The position numbers were made by a program, and so were the translations under genes. A DNA stretch of 64,000 nucleotides. Origin: Trueperaceae bacterium. Lineage in GTDB: Bacteria; Deinococcota; Deinococci; Deinococcales; Trueperaceae. Shown piece after piece: positions 37,410-47,024 of the stretch. A model generated the notes under the pieces. It saw nothing but the letters and a program-made list of their open reading frames with translations, did no database searches and was not told where the DNA came from. Numbering within the stretch: position 1 is the first letter of the stretch; each line of letters opens with the position of its first letter. The stretch is from NCBI GenBank assembly GCA_965215565.1, contig CBDCDZ010000004.1, positions 3,488,001 through 3,552,000 of the forward strand, given 5' to 3'.

Positions 37410-40073
37410 TTACGTCAAACTAACCAGTACAGAGAAAGGAAGAGGTAAGTCGTTGGGACTAAGGTCTTCTCCTATCTGAATGTCTGCGCCAGAGAGCGCG
37501 TCGCGCCAACCTCTTCCGCGCATGTCCTCGGGTATGGCAATTTTAACGCCGCTCAAATCCCTCTCCGCCCTAACCGCTGGAAAACGCGGCACGACGACTA
37601 AGAGTGCGTTGTCCTCGGCTTCGCGCGTGAATGCTAGGAAGAACTCGCAGCCTTCGCCCGTCACCTCCAAGTCTCGGTAATCGCCTCTGAAAAGCGAATC
37701 CTGTTCTCCTCGGAGTTTGAGAAGTTGCGCCATGACGTAGAGCTTAGCCCTGGGCTTCTGCTCAGAAAGCCAACCGCTCAGCGTATCCGCGTCCGGGTTC
37801 TCGAAGAGCGGAGCCATCTCATCTAAGAGGGCGTTCCTCTCCTCGTAATCCACCGGGCGGCGGTTGTCGGGGTCCACGAGCGAGAGGTCTAGGAGTTCGG
37901 TCCCCTGGTAGAAGTCGGGGACGCCGGGCGTGGTGAGTTTCAAGATGAGTTGCGACACGCCGTTCAAAAAGCCGTCTTTGGCGAGGTCCTGGGCGAGCGG
38001 CTCGACGATTTGCGCCACCTCTTCGTCCGTGGTCATCTCCCGCACAAAGGTTTTGAGTTCTTCCTCGTACTCGCCGTTCGGGTTGAGCCACGACGAGTTG
38101 ACCTTGGCTTCGCGCACAGCTTTCTCCATGTACGCTTCTAGGCGTTCCGCGAGCGAGTTCGGCTCTTCGCCCACCCACAGCGCCACGAGCAGTTGATAGA
38201 ACAAGTAGGCGTCGTTTTTCGTGACCGACTGCTGAAAGGGCGTGGTTTCGGTTCGTTTTTGCCGTAAAACCTGCGCTCTATCGTCCAGCTTGCCCAAGAC
38301 CTCTTCCCAAGCGTCGGTGTGTTCGGCTAGCGCGATGAGGCGCATCCGCGTGTCCTCGCCGCGTTTGTGGTCGTGCGTCGCCGTTGCCAAGAGGTTGTCG
38401 GGGTAGCGGTAGGCGCGAAATCTCGCCCTCGAGTGAAAGCCGTGCGCGTCCGTCCCGAAGTGCTCGGGCTCGCCGCCGACTTCGTTAAGCGCAACCAGCG
38501 GAATGTAGCGGTAGAAGGTGGTGTCCTCGATGCCTTTTGCAGTGACGGGCGCGGTGTACTGCTGGAAGCGTCCAATAAAGGCATCTTGCGCGCCGCGCAA
38601 GTCCTCCTTGACGTCCCCGATGAGGCTGCGCTCGATGAAGTCGTAGACGGACAGCTCGGCGGCTAGGTTGCGGCGTTTGGCGGCTTGAACGGCTTCGCGC
38701 ACGATCTCTTTCGCCTCGTCCTTATCGAAAGGTAGATACGTCCGGTAGCGCGGGAAGGCGGCGATGACCTCGGCTAGCGCCTCTTGGAGCGAGTCTAAAG
38801 TGAAATCCCTAGTGTGATAATCTGCTTCGGAAAGCTCGTTGAGTTCGCCCGCTAAGCGCGTCAACTCGCCCGTCAAGCTCGTCTCCATCACTAAGCGTTT
38901 GGCGTCGTGGACCTCTTCTTCGAAGGGCGTGTAGTCGCCTAAAAAGCGGCGGTACGCCCGCGTGACGGGTAACTCACCCTCCTGATATAAGAGCACGCCC
39001 ATCGCGTCGTTCATGAATTCGTAGCCCGAGGTTCCCTCGACGGGCCACGCTTCGGGCAAGACCTCGCCGTGCGCTAAGATTTTCTCCACCCAGACGTTTC
39101 TCGAGCCCAACGCTTTAAGCTGCTCCAAGTAGCCGTGCGGGTCGAAAAGTCCATCTACGTGGTCGATGCGGACGCCGTCCATGCCCTCTTTGACCAGGAG
39201 TTCGCCCAGGGTGCGGTGCGCGTCCCAGAAGACCTCGGGCGACTCCATGCGCAGACCCACCAACTCGTTGATGTCGAAGAAGCGGCGGTAGTTGATTTCG
39301 CTCCCGGCGGTCTGCCAGTAGGAAAGCCGGAAGAACTGCCCCTCCAAGAGGGCGTGCATGTCCTCAGTTTCCAGCGTCGGCAAGTTCGATGCTAAGTCGA
39401 TCTGCTCTCCTAAGGCCAAGAGGCGTGTGCGCAAGCCTTCCGCCCGGTCGCGTTGGCTCGGCTCCAAGGAGGCGTAATCGTCCGTCAAGTCCTTGAGGTC
39501 AAAGTAGCGCTCGGTGCGCTCGAAAGAGGGCAGCATCCGCTCCAAAATCTGCGCGTACGAGCCGGGGTAGAGTGCGAAGAGGTTGTCGTAATAGGTGGCG
39601 TAGAAGCGTCCGTCGTCATAGGCTAACCCAAGTTCGCCGCCGTCCAGCACGTTCCCGTAAGGACCCCCCAAAAAGGGCAGCAAGACCTTATTTTGTAATT
39701 CCGGTTTGACGGGCGTCCAGTCGATGTCGAAAAAGTCCGCGTGCGCGGAGTTGGGCCCGTACGCCAAGACGTCTTGCCAGTAGACGTTGCGCGGCCCGAC
39801 GCCCGCGTGGTTCGGGACGTAGTCGAGGATGAAGGAGAGCCCGTGCGCCTGCGCCTCTTCGCGCAAACGCTCAAAGCCCTCCGCCCCGCCGAACGCCTCA
39901 CGGACCTGGTTGTGGTTGATCACGTCGTAGCCGTGCGTGCTGCCTTCCCTCGCTTCGGTAATAGGGGAGAGGTAAAGGTGCGAGACGCCGAGCTTTTGGA
40001 AGTAGGGCAAGAGGGCGCGGACGTCGTCAAACGCGAAGTCCGGGGTGAGTTGCAAGCGGTACGAAGCGTTCAC
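37410..40073 (-). CDS. treY: Malto-oligosyltrehalose synthase
   Basis: YRLQL, GSTHGYDV, NYRRFFD, RIDHVDGL, THD.KRGED.R, VDPDNRRPVD. Confidence 0.96.
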   Translation of the reverse strand: MNASYRLQLTPDFAFDDVRALLPYFQKLGVSHLYLSPITEAREGSTHGYDVINHNQVREAFGGAEGFERLREEAQAHGLSFILDYVPNHAGVGPRNVYWQDVLAYGPNSAHADFFDIDWTPVKPELQNKVLLPFLGGPYGNVLDGGELGLAYDDGRFYATYYDNLFALYPGSYAQILERMLPSFERTERYFDLKDLTDDYASLEPSQRDRAEGLRTRLLALGEQIDLASNLPTLETEDMHALLEGQFFRLSYWQTAGSEINYRRFFDINELVGLRMESPEVFWDAHRTLGELLVKEGMDGVRIDHVDGLFDPHGYLEQLKALGSRNVWVEKILAHGEVLPEAWPVEGTSGYEFMNDAMGVLLYQEGELPVTRAYRRFLGDYTPFEEEVHDAKRLVMETSLTGELTRLAGELNELSEADYHTRDFTLDSLQEALAEVIAAFPRYRTYLPFDKDEAKEIVREAVQAAKRRNLAAELSVYDFIERSLIGDVKEDLRGAQDAFIGRFQQYTAPVTAKGIEDTTFYRYIPLVALNEVGGEPEHFGTDAHGFHSRARFRAYRYPDNLLATATHDHKRGEDTRMRLIALAEHTDAWEEVLGKLDDRAQVLRQKRTETTPFQQSVTKNDAYLFYQLLVALWVGEEPNSLAERLEAYMEKAVREAKVNSSWLNPNGEYEEELKTFVREMTTDEEVAQIVEPLAQDLAKDGFLNGVSQLILKLTTPGVPDFYQGTELLDLSLVDPDNRRPVDYEERNALLDEMAPLFENPDADTLSGWLSEQKPRAKLYVMAQLLKLRGEQDSLFRGDYRDLEVTGEGCEFFLAFTREAEDNALLVVVPRFPAVRAERDLSGVKIAIPEDMRGRGWRDALSGADIQIGEDLSPNDLPLPFSVLVSLT

Positions 40074-41890
40074 GAATTCACCTTGAAGAGCACCGCGCCG
40101 GGTGTGGAGAAGCGGACCTCTTGACCTGTGACTTCGGGGGGGTCGGGCTCCACAGCGTAGTCCTCACTCTGCCAAAGAGGTTGCGCACCTTCGGGAAGAG
40201 GTAGCTGGACGTTTTCGCGTAAAGCGACTGCTAATACGTGGCTGTCCCGCCGCATCACGAGCCCTCCTTCGCTCACGTGCTCACGCCGAATGTTGCCCTC
40301 GAAGTCGGGGCGCATCGTCAGAAGCTCTTGGACCATTTTGTGAATATTGGCGTGCTCAGGTTGCTCGAGTTCACTCCAGTCGAGCTTGCTCCGCGTAAAC
40401 GTCTCCGGGTCCTGCGGGTCCGGCACGTCGCCCTGGAAGTCGGGGAAGTCCTTGAACTCCTCCTTGCGCCCTTCGCTGACGAGCTTGCCCAACTCCTCGT
40501 TGTGGTCGGTGAAGTACTGGAAGGGCGTCTTTGTCGCCCACTCTTGCCCCATGAACAGCAGCGGAAGTTGCGGCGCGAAGAGTAGAAGCGCGCTCGCCGC
40601 CCGAAAGCCGCCCGGCGAGGCTTCGTCGCTGAGGCGGTTGCCGCGCGGACGGTTGCCGATCTGGTCGTGGTTTTGGATGGTGAGAGTGAAGTTCTCGGGG
40701 ACGAGACCTTCGGTGGTCGTCCCCCGCGCTTCACCCTCGTTTTCGGAGTGCTGTCCGGTGTAGTACCAGCCTTGCTCTAAGGTCGTTGCCATCTCCTCCG
40801 TCGTACCTTCAAAGTCACTGAAGTACCCGTAGCGGTCGCCCGCCAAATTGACCCGGACGATATGGTGAAAGTCGTCCGCCCAGATGCCGTCTAAGCCGTA
40901 GCCGCCCCCCTCGCGCGGCTCGACTAACGTGCGGTAGTTGCGCGGGTCCTCCGCAATCAAAAAGCGCCGCCAGCCCGGTACACCCTCGCACGCTTCGGTT
41001 AGTTCGGCTAAGAAGTGCTTGGGCGAGTCGTCGATGATGGCGAAAACGGCGTCTAGGCGGAAGCCGTCGAAGTGGTACTCGGTGAGCCAGTGCACCGCGT
41101 TCTCCAAGAAAAACTGCCGCACGTGTTCCGAGCCCTCGTCGTCCATGTTGATGGCTTGACCCCAGGGCGTGTGGTGACGGTCCGTAAACATCTGCGGGTT
41201 GATGCCCACGACGTACGCGCCGTCCGGTCCGAAGTGGTTGTAGACGACGTCTAAGTAAACCGCCAAGCCGAGTTTGTGCGCCTCGTCAACCAGCGCGCGC
41301 AGCTCGTCGGGTGTACCATAAGCGTGTGCGGGGGCAAATTGTGCAGCGGGGTCGTAGCCCCAGTTGCGCTCGCCGGGAAAGTCGGAGACGGGTAGGAGTT
41401 CAACCGCTGTAATACCTAGGTCCTTGAGGTAAGGGAGTTTTTCTTTGGCGGCGTTGTAGGTTCCTTCTTGCGTGAATGTACCGACGTGGAGTTCGTAAAA
41501 GACTAAATCCTTATGCGGGACGCCCTCCCAACCGTCGTCGCTCCATCCGAACGTACTCGGGTCCACCACCTCGGAGGGACCGTGGACGCCCTCGGGTTGA
41601 AAGCGTGAGGCGGGGTCGGGGAAGAGGCTGTCCCCACCGGATTTGTCGGCAAAGCGGTAGCGGTAGCGCGTGCCCGCGCCGATATTCTCCACGAACGCTT
41701 CGAAGAGGTCGCCCTCTTGGGTCATCGCGTAGCTCTCGCCCCCCTCCAAAACAACCTCGACTTTTTCGGAAGGGGGCGACACAACGCGGAAGCGCACGCC
41801 CCCTTCTTCCACCGTTGCGCCGAGATAGGGGTACTTGACGCTACTTTCGGTCTCCGTTTGCATATTTGTTTGCGCAGATGATTGGGTCAT
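40070..41890 (-). CDS. treZ: Malto-oligosyltrehalose trehalohydrolase
   Basis: DPASRFQPEGVHGPS, YELHVGTFT, NWGYD, DVVYNHFGP, QNHDQIGNR. Confidence 0.96.
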   Translation of the reverse strand: MTQSSAQTNMQTETESSVKYPYLGATVEEGGVRFRVVSPPSEKVEVVLEGGESYAMTQEGDLFEAFVENIGAGTRYRYRFADKSGGDSLFPDPASRFQPEGVHGPSEVVDPSTFGWSDDGWEGVPHKDLVFYELHVGTFTQEGTYNAAKEKLPYLKDLGITAVELLPVSDFPGERNWGYDPAAQFAPAHAYGTPDELRALVDEAHKLGLAVYLDVVYNHFGPDGAYVVGINPQMFTDRHHTPWGQAINMDDEGSEHVRQFFLENAVHWLTEYHFDGFRLDAVFAIIDDSPKHFLAELTEACEGVPGWRRFLIAEDPRNYRTLVEPREGGGYGLDGIWADDFHHIVRVNLAGDRYGYFSDFEGTTEEMATTLEQGWYYTGQHSENEGEARGTTTEGLVPENFTLTIQNHDQIGNRPRGNRLSDEASPGGFRAASALLLFAPQLPLLFMGQEWATKTPFQYFTDHNEELGKLVSEGRKEEFKDFPDFQGDVPDPQDPETFTRSKLDWSELEQPEHANIHKMVQELLTMRPDFEGNIRREHVSEGGLVMRRDSHVLAVALRENVQLPLPEGAQPLWQSEDYAVEPDPPEVTGQEVRFSTPGAVLFKVNS

Positions 41891-42098
41891 AAGACTCCTT
41901 CAATTTTTGGTGGTTCATGGACGCCGAGTTGATGCTGAATCAGAATGCTGCCCACAGGTTGCGTGTTGCGTCAACCTATTACAGAAATATACATACCAAA
42001 TGCGCTACCGAAAGATTGTCCGGTAGCGCGAATAGCAGGTCTGATCGCAGACTCGGTTGGTAGGTGCAGCGCTGCTAAAGTTGTCGCTCTATAAAATA

Positions 42099-42233
42099 TA
42101 GCAAGTATCATTTGGTTTGAGCCAGTCTCACGTTAGAGAACTTGGGCGAACACGCACATTCTTAAATGAGATCCCGCTAGTTCTTCGAACTGAGACTTGC
42201 GCTATTTCAATTCAGTACTTCTGTGAATTGCTT
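42099..42233 (+). repeat. Family A subfamily 2 copy with a 24-bp extension (135 bp)
   Basis: TAGCAAGTATCATTTGG...; closely similar to 44771-44881 plus 24 bp in the inner stem arm. Confidence 0.85.
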
Positions 42234-42679
42234 TAGTGTCCATGGTGTCCAGAAACTAGTTAAGGCTCGGCTGTAGGGCGCGAAGCTCTAAACTGTTTGG
42301 GTGGTCGTGGCGGGCCCAGCTCGAGATAACCACCTCGAGCCTCTTCCACGAGGTGCAGTGCGTCACTTCGTTGTAAACGCAGCCGCAGTACAGTACACTC
42401 GCTTGACTCTGGTAAAGGCTGTGGAGCTTGGTGTAAAGGTGCGGACACCCCGCTTCGGCTCGCCAATAGCCCGAGATGCGCCCTGGCCGAACCATGAGCA
42501 AACCCAGACCCATAGAGCCTGACAAAGTCGCTTTTTCCCCCTGCATACGTTCCCCCTTTTGTTCCGCTAAACCTTACGTTCAGTATAAAAGATGTGGGGT
42601 TATGAGAAGGGCGTCGGCTTTACAGAGCGAATTGAGCGAAATGTTGAGGGGTGTCGGTTCTACCTCATGCCGATTCTGG

Positions 42680-42791
42680 TAGTGGTTTCAAGTCGAATGC
42701 TGCCATGTGCTCCTTCTGCTATCTCTATGTAAGGAATAAGGGGTTGAAACCCCTTGCTTTGACATCAGCATCATTCTAGATAAAGCCACTA
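42680..42791 (+). mobile_element. Family B 112-bp MITE-like element
   Basis: TAGTGGTTT...AAAGCCACTA; collinear with 37241-37352; its end coincides with the stop codon of the methyltransferase. Confidence 0.8.
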
Positions 42792-43433
42792 CCCCGATTC
42801 TTTCTGTAGGACCTGACTGTAAAGCATTCCCAAGCGCCTACGGTGAGTCTGGCGAGGGCTTAGCGCCTGTTTTTCAAAGTGAGGTGCCGGGTCAACGAGC
42901 GCACGAGCTTGCATATCGGTCTGCCAGTTGAAAAAGCCGTAGAGCAAGCGGAGCCAGAGCAAACTGTGGAGGCGTCGAAGAGGGTCTTGCGGAATGCAAA
43001 AGTCGGCGGTGTACCAGACGCCTCCCGGCTCCAAGCGCTGCGCGAGTTTAGGGATGAGGTAACCTAGCTGCGTTTCCGTAAAAACGTCCAAAAAGAAGAG
43101 TGTGACGATGAGGTCATAGCGCCGCGCGGGGTAGTCGAAGGTGAGGGCGTCGGCGTGATGAAAGGTGACTTGGGACTGTGCGCGCAAGTTCGAGCTTCGC
43201 TTCTGCGCCAGCTTCAACATCTCCAAGCTCTTATCCACACAGTCGATCTGAGCGTAAGGATTGACCTCCAAAAGCTGCGCCAAAAAACGCCCGTCCCCTT
43301 CGCCTAAGATAAGTACACGCTCCGCATCTGTAAGTTCATCCAAAAAGGCGGTGCGGGTGCGCGTGAGGTCAAAGCCGAAGGCTAGGCGCTCGAGCAGCCG
43401 ATAAGGTCGCGCTAAGCGGTCGAAGCTCCTCAC
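42789..43433 (-). CDS. Class I SAM-dependent methyltransferase
   Basis: VLILGEGDGRF, VD.S..ML, T.FFLD.F, L.PGG. Confidence 0.88.
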   Translation of the reverse strand: MRSFDRLARPYRLLERLAFGFDLTRTRTAFLDELTDAERVLILGEGDGRFLAQLLEVNPYAQIDCVDKSLEMLKLAQKRSSNLRAQSQVTFHHADALTFDYPARRYDLIVTLFFLDVFTETQLGYLIPKLAQRLEPGGVWYTADFCIPQDPLRRLHSLLWLRLLYGFFNWQTDMQARALVDPAPHFEKQALSPRQTHRRRLGMLYSQVLQKESG

Positions 43434-43441
43434 GTCTTCGC

Positions 43442-44311
43442 TTAGATGAGCCAGAACACTACGAGGAGCGGCGCGGGCGTGAGCAGGGCAGCGTCGCCCA
43501 GCACGCGCAGGGCGGCGGGACCGAGGTGGGTGCGCTCTAATTCAAATAAAGCTAAGGCGCTCCCGGCGACGGCACCGTAGAGGGGCGCGGCACCGGAAAA
43601 GGCGAAGGTGAAGAGCGCTGCGGTACACGTGAGCGCGAGCGCAACATGTAAGAGCCGCCTTTCCAAGTGTGAATAGCGCAAGAGGGACAGGTGTTGCTGC
43701 GTATCCGTCGCCGCTTCCCAGTGGCTGATAAACGCGCAGTTGAGGGCGCAGAGCAGCGTAAAGAGCGCTAGCGGTATGATTATATGCCAGGGGGTAGCCC
43801 AAGAGAGTGGAAGGTTCGGGACGAGAAAGAGCGCGACGCCCGCGCCGAAGAGGAGCGCAACCTGAACCTCTTTAGGAACGATGAGTTTCGTTCCCGGAGA
43901 GAGGTGAAGGCGCGCGAGATATCCGAGCGTCGCGCCGAGGACTAAGAGCCCGCCTAAAAGCTCTATTGGGCGCAAGGTGAGGAGCGCGGCGAGTAGGCTG
44001 AGCGCGAGAACCGCGAGCCATACCCCTACAACCTCTTTGCGGTACACGATGTAGAAGCGGTGGCGGCGGGTTTGCGCGTCCTCGGGGTGGCGCTGCCAAC
44101 CGTCGAAAAGGCGGTCCGCGCTGTAGACGAGCCAGACGGGTGCGGCTAAAAGGAAGACGTGGTACCACGCCAAAGACACGCCGAAAACTTGTGCAAAGAG
44201 CGCCTGCCAGAGCACCGCGATGAGCGGCGCGTCTAGGGAGAGTACGGTGGGCCACTCCCAAAGTTTTGTCTTCGTCTGCGCTACGTTACGGGCTCGGACG
44301 CCGCTATCCAC
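43442..44311 (-). CDS. Polytopic membrane protein, possibly UbiA prenyltransferase-like
   Basis: 8-9 TM helices; LSLDAP, VYSADRLFD, PKE motifs. Confidence 0.65.
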   Translation of the reverse strand: MDSGVRARNVAQTKTKLWEWPTVLSLDAPLIAVLWQALFAQVFGVSLAWYHVFLLAAPVWLVYSADRLFDGWQRHPEDAQTRRHRFYIVYRKEVVGVWLAVLALSLLAALLTLRPIELLGGLLVLGATLGYLARLHLSPGTKLIVPKEVQVALLFGAGVALFLVPNLPLSWATPWHIIIPLALFTLLCALNCAFISHWEAATDTQQHLSLLRYSHLERRLLHVALALTCTAALFTFAFSGAAPLYGAVAGSALALFELERTHLGPAALRVLGDAALLTPAPLLVVFWLI

Positions 44312-44377
44312 CCCCCGGTTATACCCGCTTTCGGGGCAGAGAAAACCGCCTCACCTTGCAAAGGTTTGAAGGGGTGT

Positions 44378-44413
44378 GATGCGGATTCCGCTACTCACCG
44401 GAATTCGTAGCTA
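44378..44413. repeat. Family F fragment
   Basis: GATGCGGATTCCGCTACTCACCGGAATTCGTAGCT. Confidence 0.5.
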
Positions 44414-44529
44414 TTGATGCAAGGCTACGCGCCGCTTGGTTCGCGTCAGCACCTTGAGAGGAGACCGCGTCAATGCGTTCCCACTATTGACTTCGTGAAC
44501 GCATCCGTTCAGGTTAAACATAAATGAAA

Positions 44530-44640
44530 TAGCAGTTCCATAACCTATTGAGACAGATAAGCGCAGATATCATCTCTGAAAGTGCGTGCCAAACAATAAC
44601 TTACTTAGTGAGCGTGTCTCTGACCAGATGATACCTGCTA
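44530..44640 (-). repeat. Family A 111-bp repeat
   Basis: TAGCAGTTCC...GATGATACCTGCTA. Confidence 0.9.
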
Positions 44641-44770
44641 AAAGTATGTTTAACCTAATAGGAAGTACGCCACGGATAACCTTTCTTCGCTGCTTTCTGC
44701 TTGCTCAACCCATGTGCTCGGGTGGCGCTTCTAATTCCGTCGGTTGACGCTGGCTGTCTCTAGCTGAATA

Positions 44771-44881
44771 TAGCAAGTATCATTTGGTTTGAGCCAGTCT
44801 CACGCTGGAGAACATCGACGAGCACGCACACTCTTAAATGATACTTGCGCTATTCCAATTCAGTACTTCTGTAAATTGCTT
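44771..44881 (+). repeat. Family A subfamily 2, 111 bp
   Basis: Stem GCAAGTATCATTT / AAATGATACTTGC with the same 50-nt spacing as subfamily 1. Confidence 0.85.
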
Positions 44882-44927
44882 TATTTCGTGCTTCTTTCCA
44901 AAAGGAAGTTTTGTTCGCCCCATATTT

Positions 44928-45038
44928 TAGCAGTTCCGAGACATACTGAGACGGATGAGCGCAGGTATCATCATCGAATGTGCGTGCTAGACGTCGTTTT
45001 ATCTAGTGGGCGTGTCTCAAACCAGATGATACCTGCTA
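44928..45038 (-). repeat. Family A 111-bp repeat
   Basis: TAGCAGTTCCGAGAC...GATGATACCTGCTA. Confidence 0.9.
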
Positions 45039-45073
45039 TTTGTTATAATCGTTCAGGGGTGTGCCATGCTTGA

Positions 45074-46171
45074 TTGGAACTGTTCGTGCTGACGCCGCTA
45101 CCGTTAGCTTACGGAGCTTCGCCGCCGCGCCACGCGCTGCAGCGCGGTTTGGCGCTCGTCAGTCTCGTTATGAGCGGCCTATGGTTCGTATTCTACGAGC
45201 TTCTGGGGCTCGCGTTTCCGCTTAACCGCAGCCTTTACGCGCTGCTCATCATTGCGAGCGCCGCCGCGTTTTTTGCGCCGCCCCGCCTGCGCGAAAGAGC
45301 GGTAGAGCTAGGCGCGTTCGTCTACTTAGCAGTGCTGCTCGTAGCTTGGCTCGAGGCGTTCTACTACTCTTACGGCTCGCTCAGCGCGCAGTTCTCGGTT
45401 CTTAAAGTCACCCTTTGGCTGCCTGCTGTTTGCGGCGCATTTTTTTTGGTGTACAGCCCGAGAACCGCGCTCAACGTCTCTTCGTTGGCGCTTAGCGCGT
45501 TCATCATGACGAGTGTGCCGCACGCGCTCGCGACATCGGGCGACAGAGGGGTTTTCAGCGGGTTTTTGCTGCCGCTAGCGCTCCTCGTCGGTCACGGGGC
45601 GTGTGTGGCGGCGCTCCACGCTTTGACGCGCCCCGCCCTGCCCACCTCCGGCGTCAGCGACAACGTCGAGCAGCTCCAGAAGCTCGCCTACTACGACACG
45701 CTTACGGGCGTCCCCAACCGGCGGCAGATGAACTTGCTCCTTCAGGATGCGTTCATAGGCGCGCGCAAAGGGGATGCGTTAGCTGTCATGATGATCGACT
45801 TCGACTACTTCAAGCAGATCAACGACGCTTTCGGTCACAACGTCGGTGACATGGTCCTCTCCACTGCCGTTCAGAGGCTCGCCGAGCAGCTTCGCAGCAA
45901 CGACACCCTTGGGCGTTGGGGCGGCGAGGAATTTATCGTATTAGCGCGGCACGCGGGTGAGCAAGGCGCGCTGCGCCGCGCCGAACGGCTGCGCGAGGCG
46001 GTAGAAGCGAGACCTCTTTTCGGCGACTACAAGGTCACGGTGAGCTGTGGCGTCGCACTCTACAAGCCAGGGGACACGCCCGAGCTGCTCATTAAACGCG
46101 CCGACAAAGCGCTCTACCGCGCTAAGCGCAACGGACGCAACCGCGTCGAAGCGGTTGCGGGACCCGAGTAA
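45074..46171 (+). CDS. Membrane-bound diguanylate cyclase
   Basis: 6 TM helices; D.LTG.PNRR, FKQIND.FGH..GD, RxxD I-site, GGEEF; exact start uncertain. Confidence 0.92.
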   Translation: MELFVLTPLPLAYGASPPRHALQRGLALVSLVMSGLWFVFYELLGLAFPLNRSLYALLIIASAAAFFAPPRLRERAVELGAFVYLAVLLVAWLEAFYYSYGSLSAQFSVLKVTLWLPAVCGAFFLVYSPRTALNVSSLALSAFIMTSVPHALATSGDRGVFSGFLLPLALLVGHGACVAALHALTRPALPTSGVSDNVEQLQKLAYYDTLTGVPNRRQMNLLLQDAFIGARKGDALAVMMIDFDYFKQINDAFGHNVGDMVLSTAVQRLAEQLRSNDTLGRWGGEEFIVLARHAGEQGALRRAERLREAVEARPLFGDYKVTVSCGVALYKPGDTPELLIKRADKALYRAKRNGRNRVEAVAGPE

Positions 46172-46248
46172 AGCGCCGCAGCTCGAGCAGGGCTCCCACT
46201 GTTCAGCCTCGCTACCCGTTAGGGAAACAAGGTTGTAGCAGGTGTCAG

Positions 46249-46365
46249 TAGACCTCTTGCAAAAGTTCCCCTTTCTCTGCCCGTTGCGTCTGCTCATACT
46301 CGTTCTACTCGGCAAAAGCGCGAGCCGGGCATTCTCACCTGTCTCCCACTTTCGCAAAAGGTCTA
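46249..46365. mobile_element. 117-bp MITE-like element (family G) nested in a family A remnant
   Basis: TIR TAGACCTCTTGCAAAAGT / ACTTTCGCAAAAGGTCTA (16 of 18 match). Confidence 0.8.
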
Positions 46366-46411
46366 GTGTGTCGTGGAAGTGCTGATGAGCTAGAAAAGAA
46401 CGTGTAGGCAC

Positions 46412-46468
46412 AAAAAAAGCGCTCGCCTATAAATAACTTGGGCAGCGCGTCTCTTTCAATTGGTTATA
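46412..46468 (-). ncRNA. Candidate ~57-nt small RNA
   Basis: Lies between a consensus promoter and a GC hairpin plus T7 terminator, with no ORF. Confidence 0.5.
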
Positions 46469-46474
46469 AAACCT

Positions 46475-46503
46475 AGTATACACCCGTATGCGCTATTCGT
46501 CAA
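46475..46503 (-). promoter_or_regulatory. Sigma70-type promoter
   Basis: TTGACG-N17-TATACT. Confidence 0.7.
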
Positions 46504-46643
46504 GAGGTTGCACTGAACCTCGGACGAAATTCCGCACAACTCTCGCCCGCACGCCTAAAGTACTTTGCTTGGTATAGAAAAACCGTTTGACAGCAGTGCG
46601 ACTGGAGAGGTTGCTGCGCTGGATAGAGACGGACGGTTCTAAA

Positions 46644-46892
46644 TCATACCAATTCCGATTGTTTCGCTAACATAGCGAATCAATCCGAGCGGAAAAGAGT
46701 CTTCAACCGGTGGTAACATCAACGAATAGCCAATATGAGCAGCAATCAACGGCATGATACGCCCGGTTGAGGACTCTCCTGCGAGTGGGAGCAAAGATTT
46801 ACATAGTTTTCGCCTTCGCGAAACGGATGGAGTGTATGAACTATCATCGAACGCATTTCTCGGTGATAGGGAATTGAACGGAATTCGTATCA
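46644..46892. mobile_element. ~249-bp MITE-like element (family F)
   Basis: Imperfect TIR TCATACCAATTCCG / CGGAATTCGTATCA. Confidence 0.55.
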
Positions 46893-47024
46893 GATGCTGC
46901 TACGTACTCCTTCTCCTTTCTCGGAATGATGAACACAACCCCTCGCTTTGACCTCGGTGTTGTTCCAGACTATCCCCGCAACTCGGTTCACCGCAGCGCC
47001 TCATCTATCGTAAACTACCTCTCT

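Noticed and set aside
35033..41890. Solitary paaZ and treYZ without treX as novel pathways
   Set aside because: Both are well-known enzymes, and partner genes may lie elsewhere in the genome.
42256..42682. Short ORFs in the treZ-methyltransferase gap
   Set aside because: Overlapping 68-96 aa ORFs with no recognisable motif; they may be a decayed gene, but I cannot support a call.
44789..45073. 94-aa ORF, and the N-terminal extension of fbp from 21026
   Set aside because: Both are composed of family A repeat sequence.
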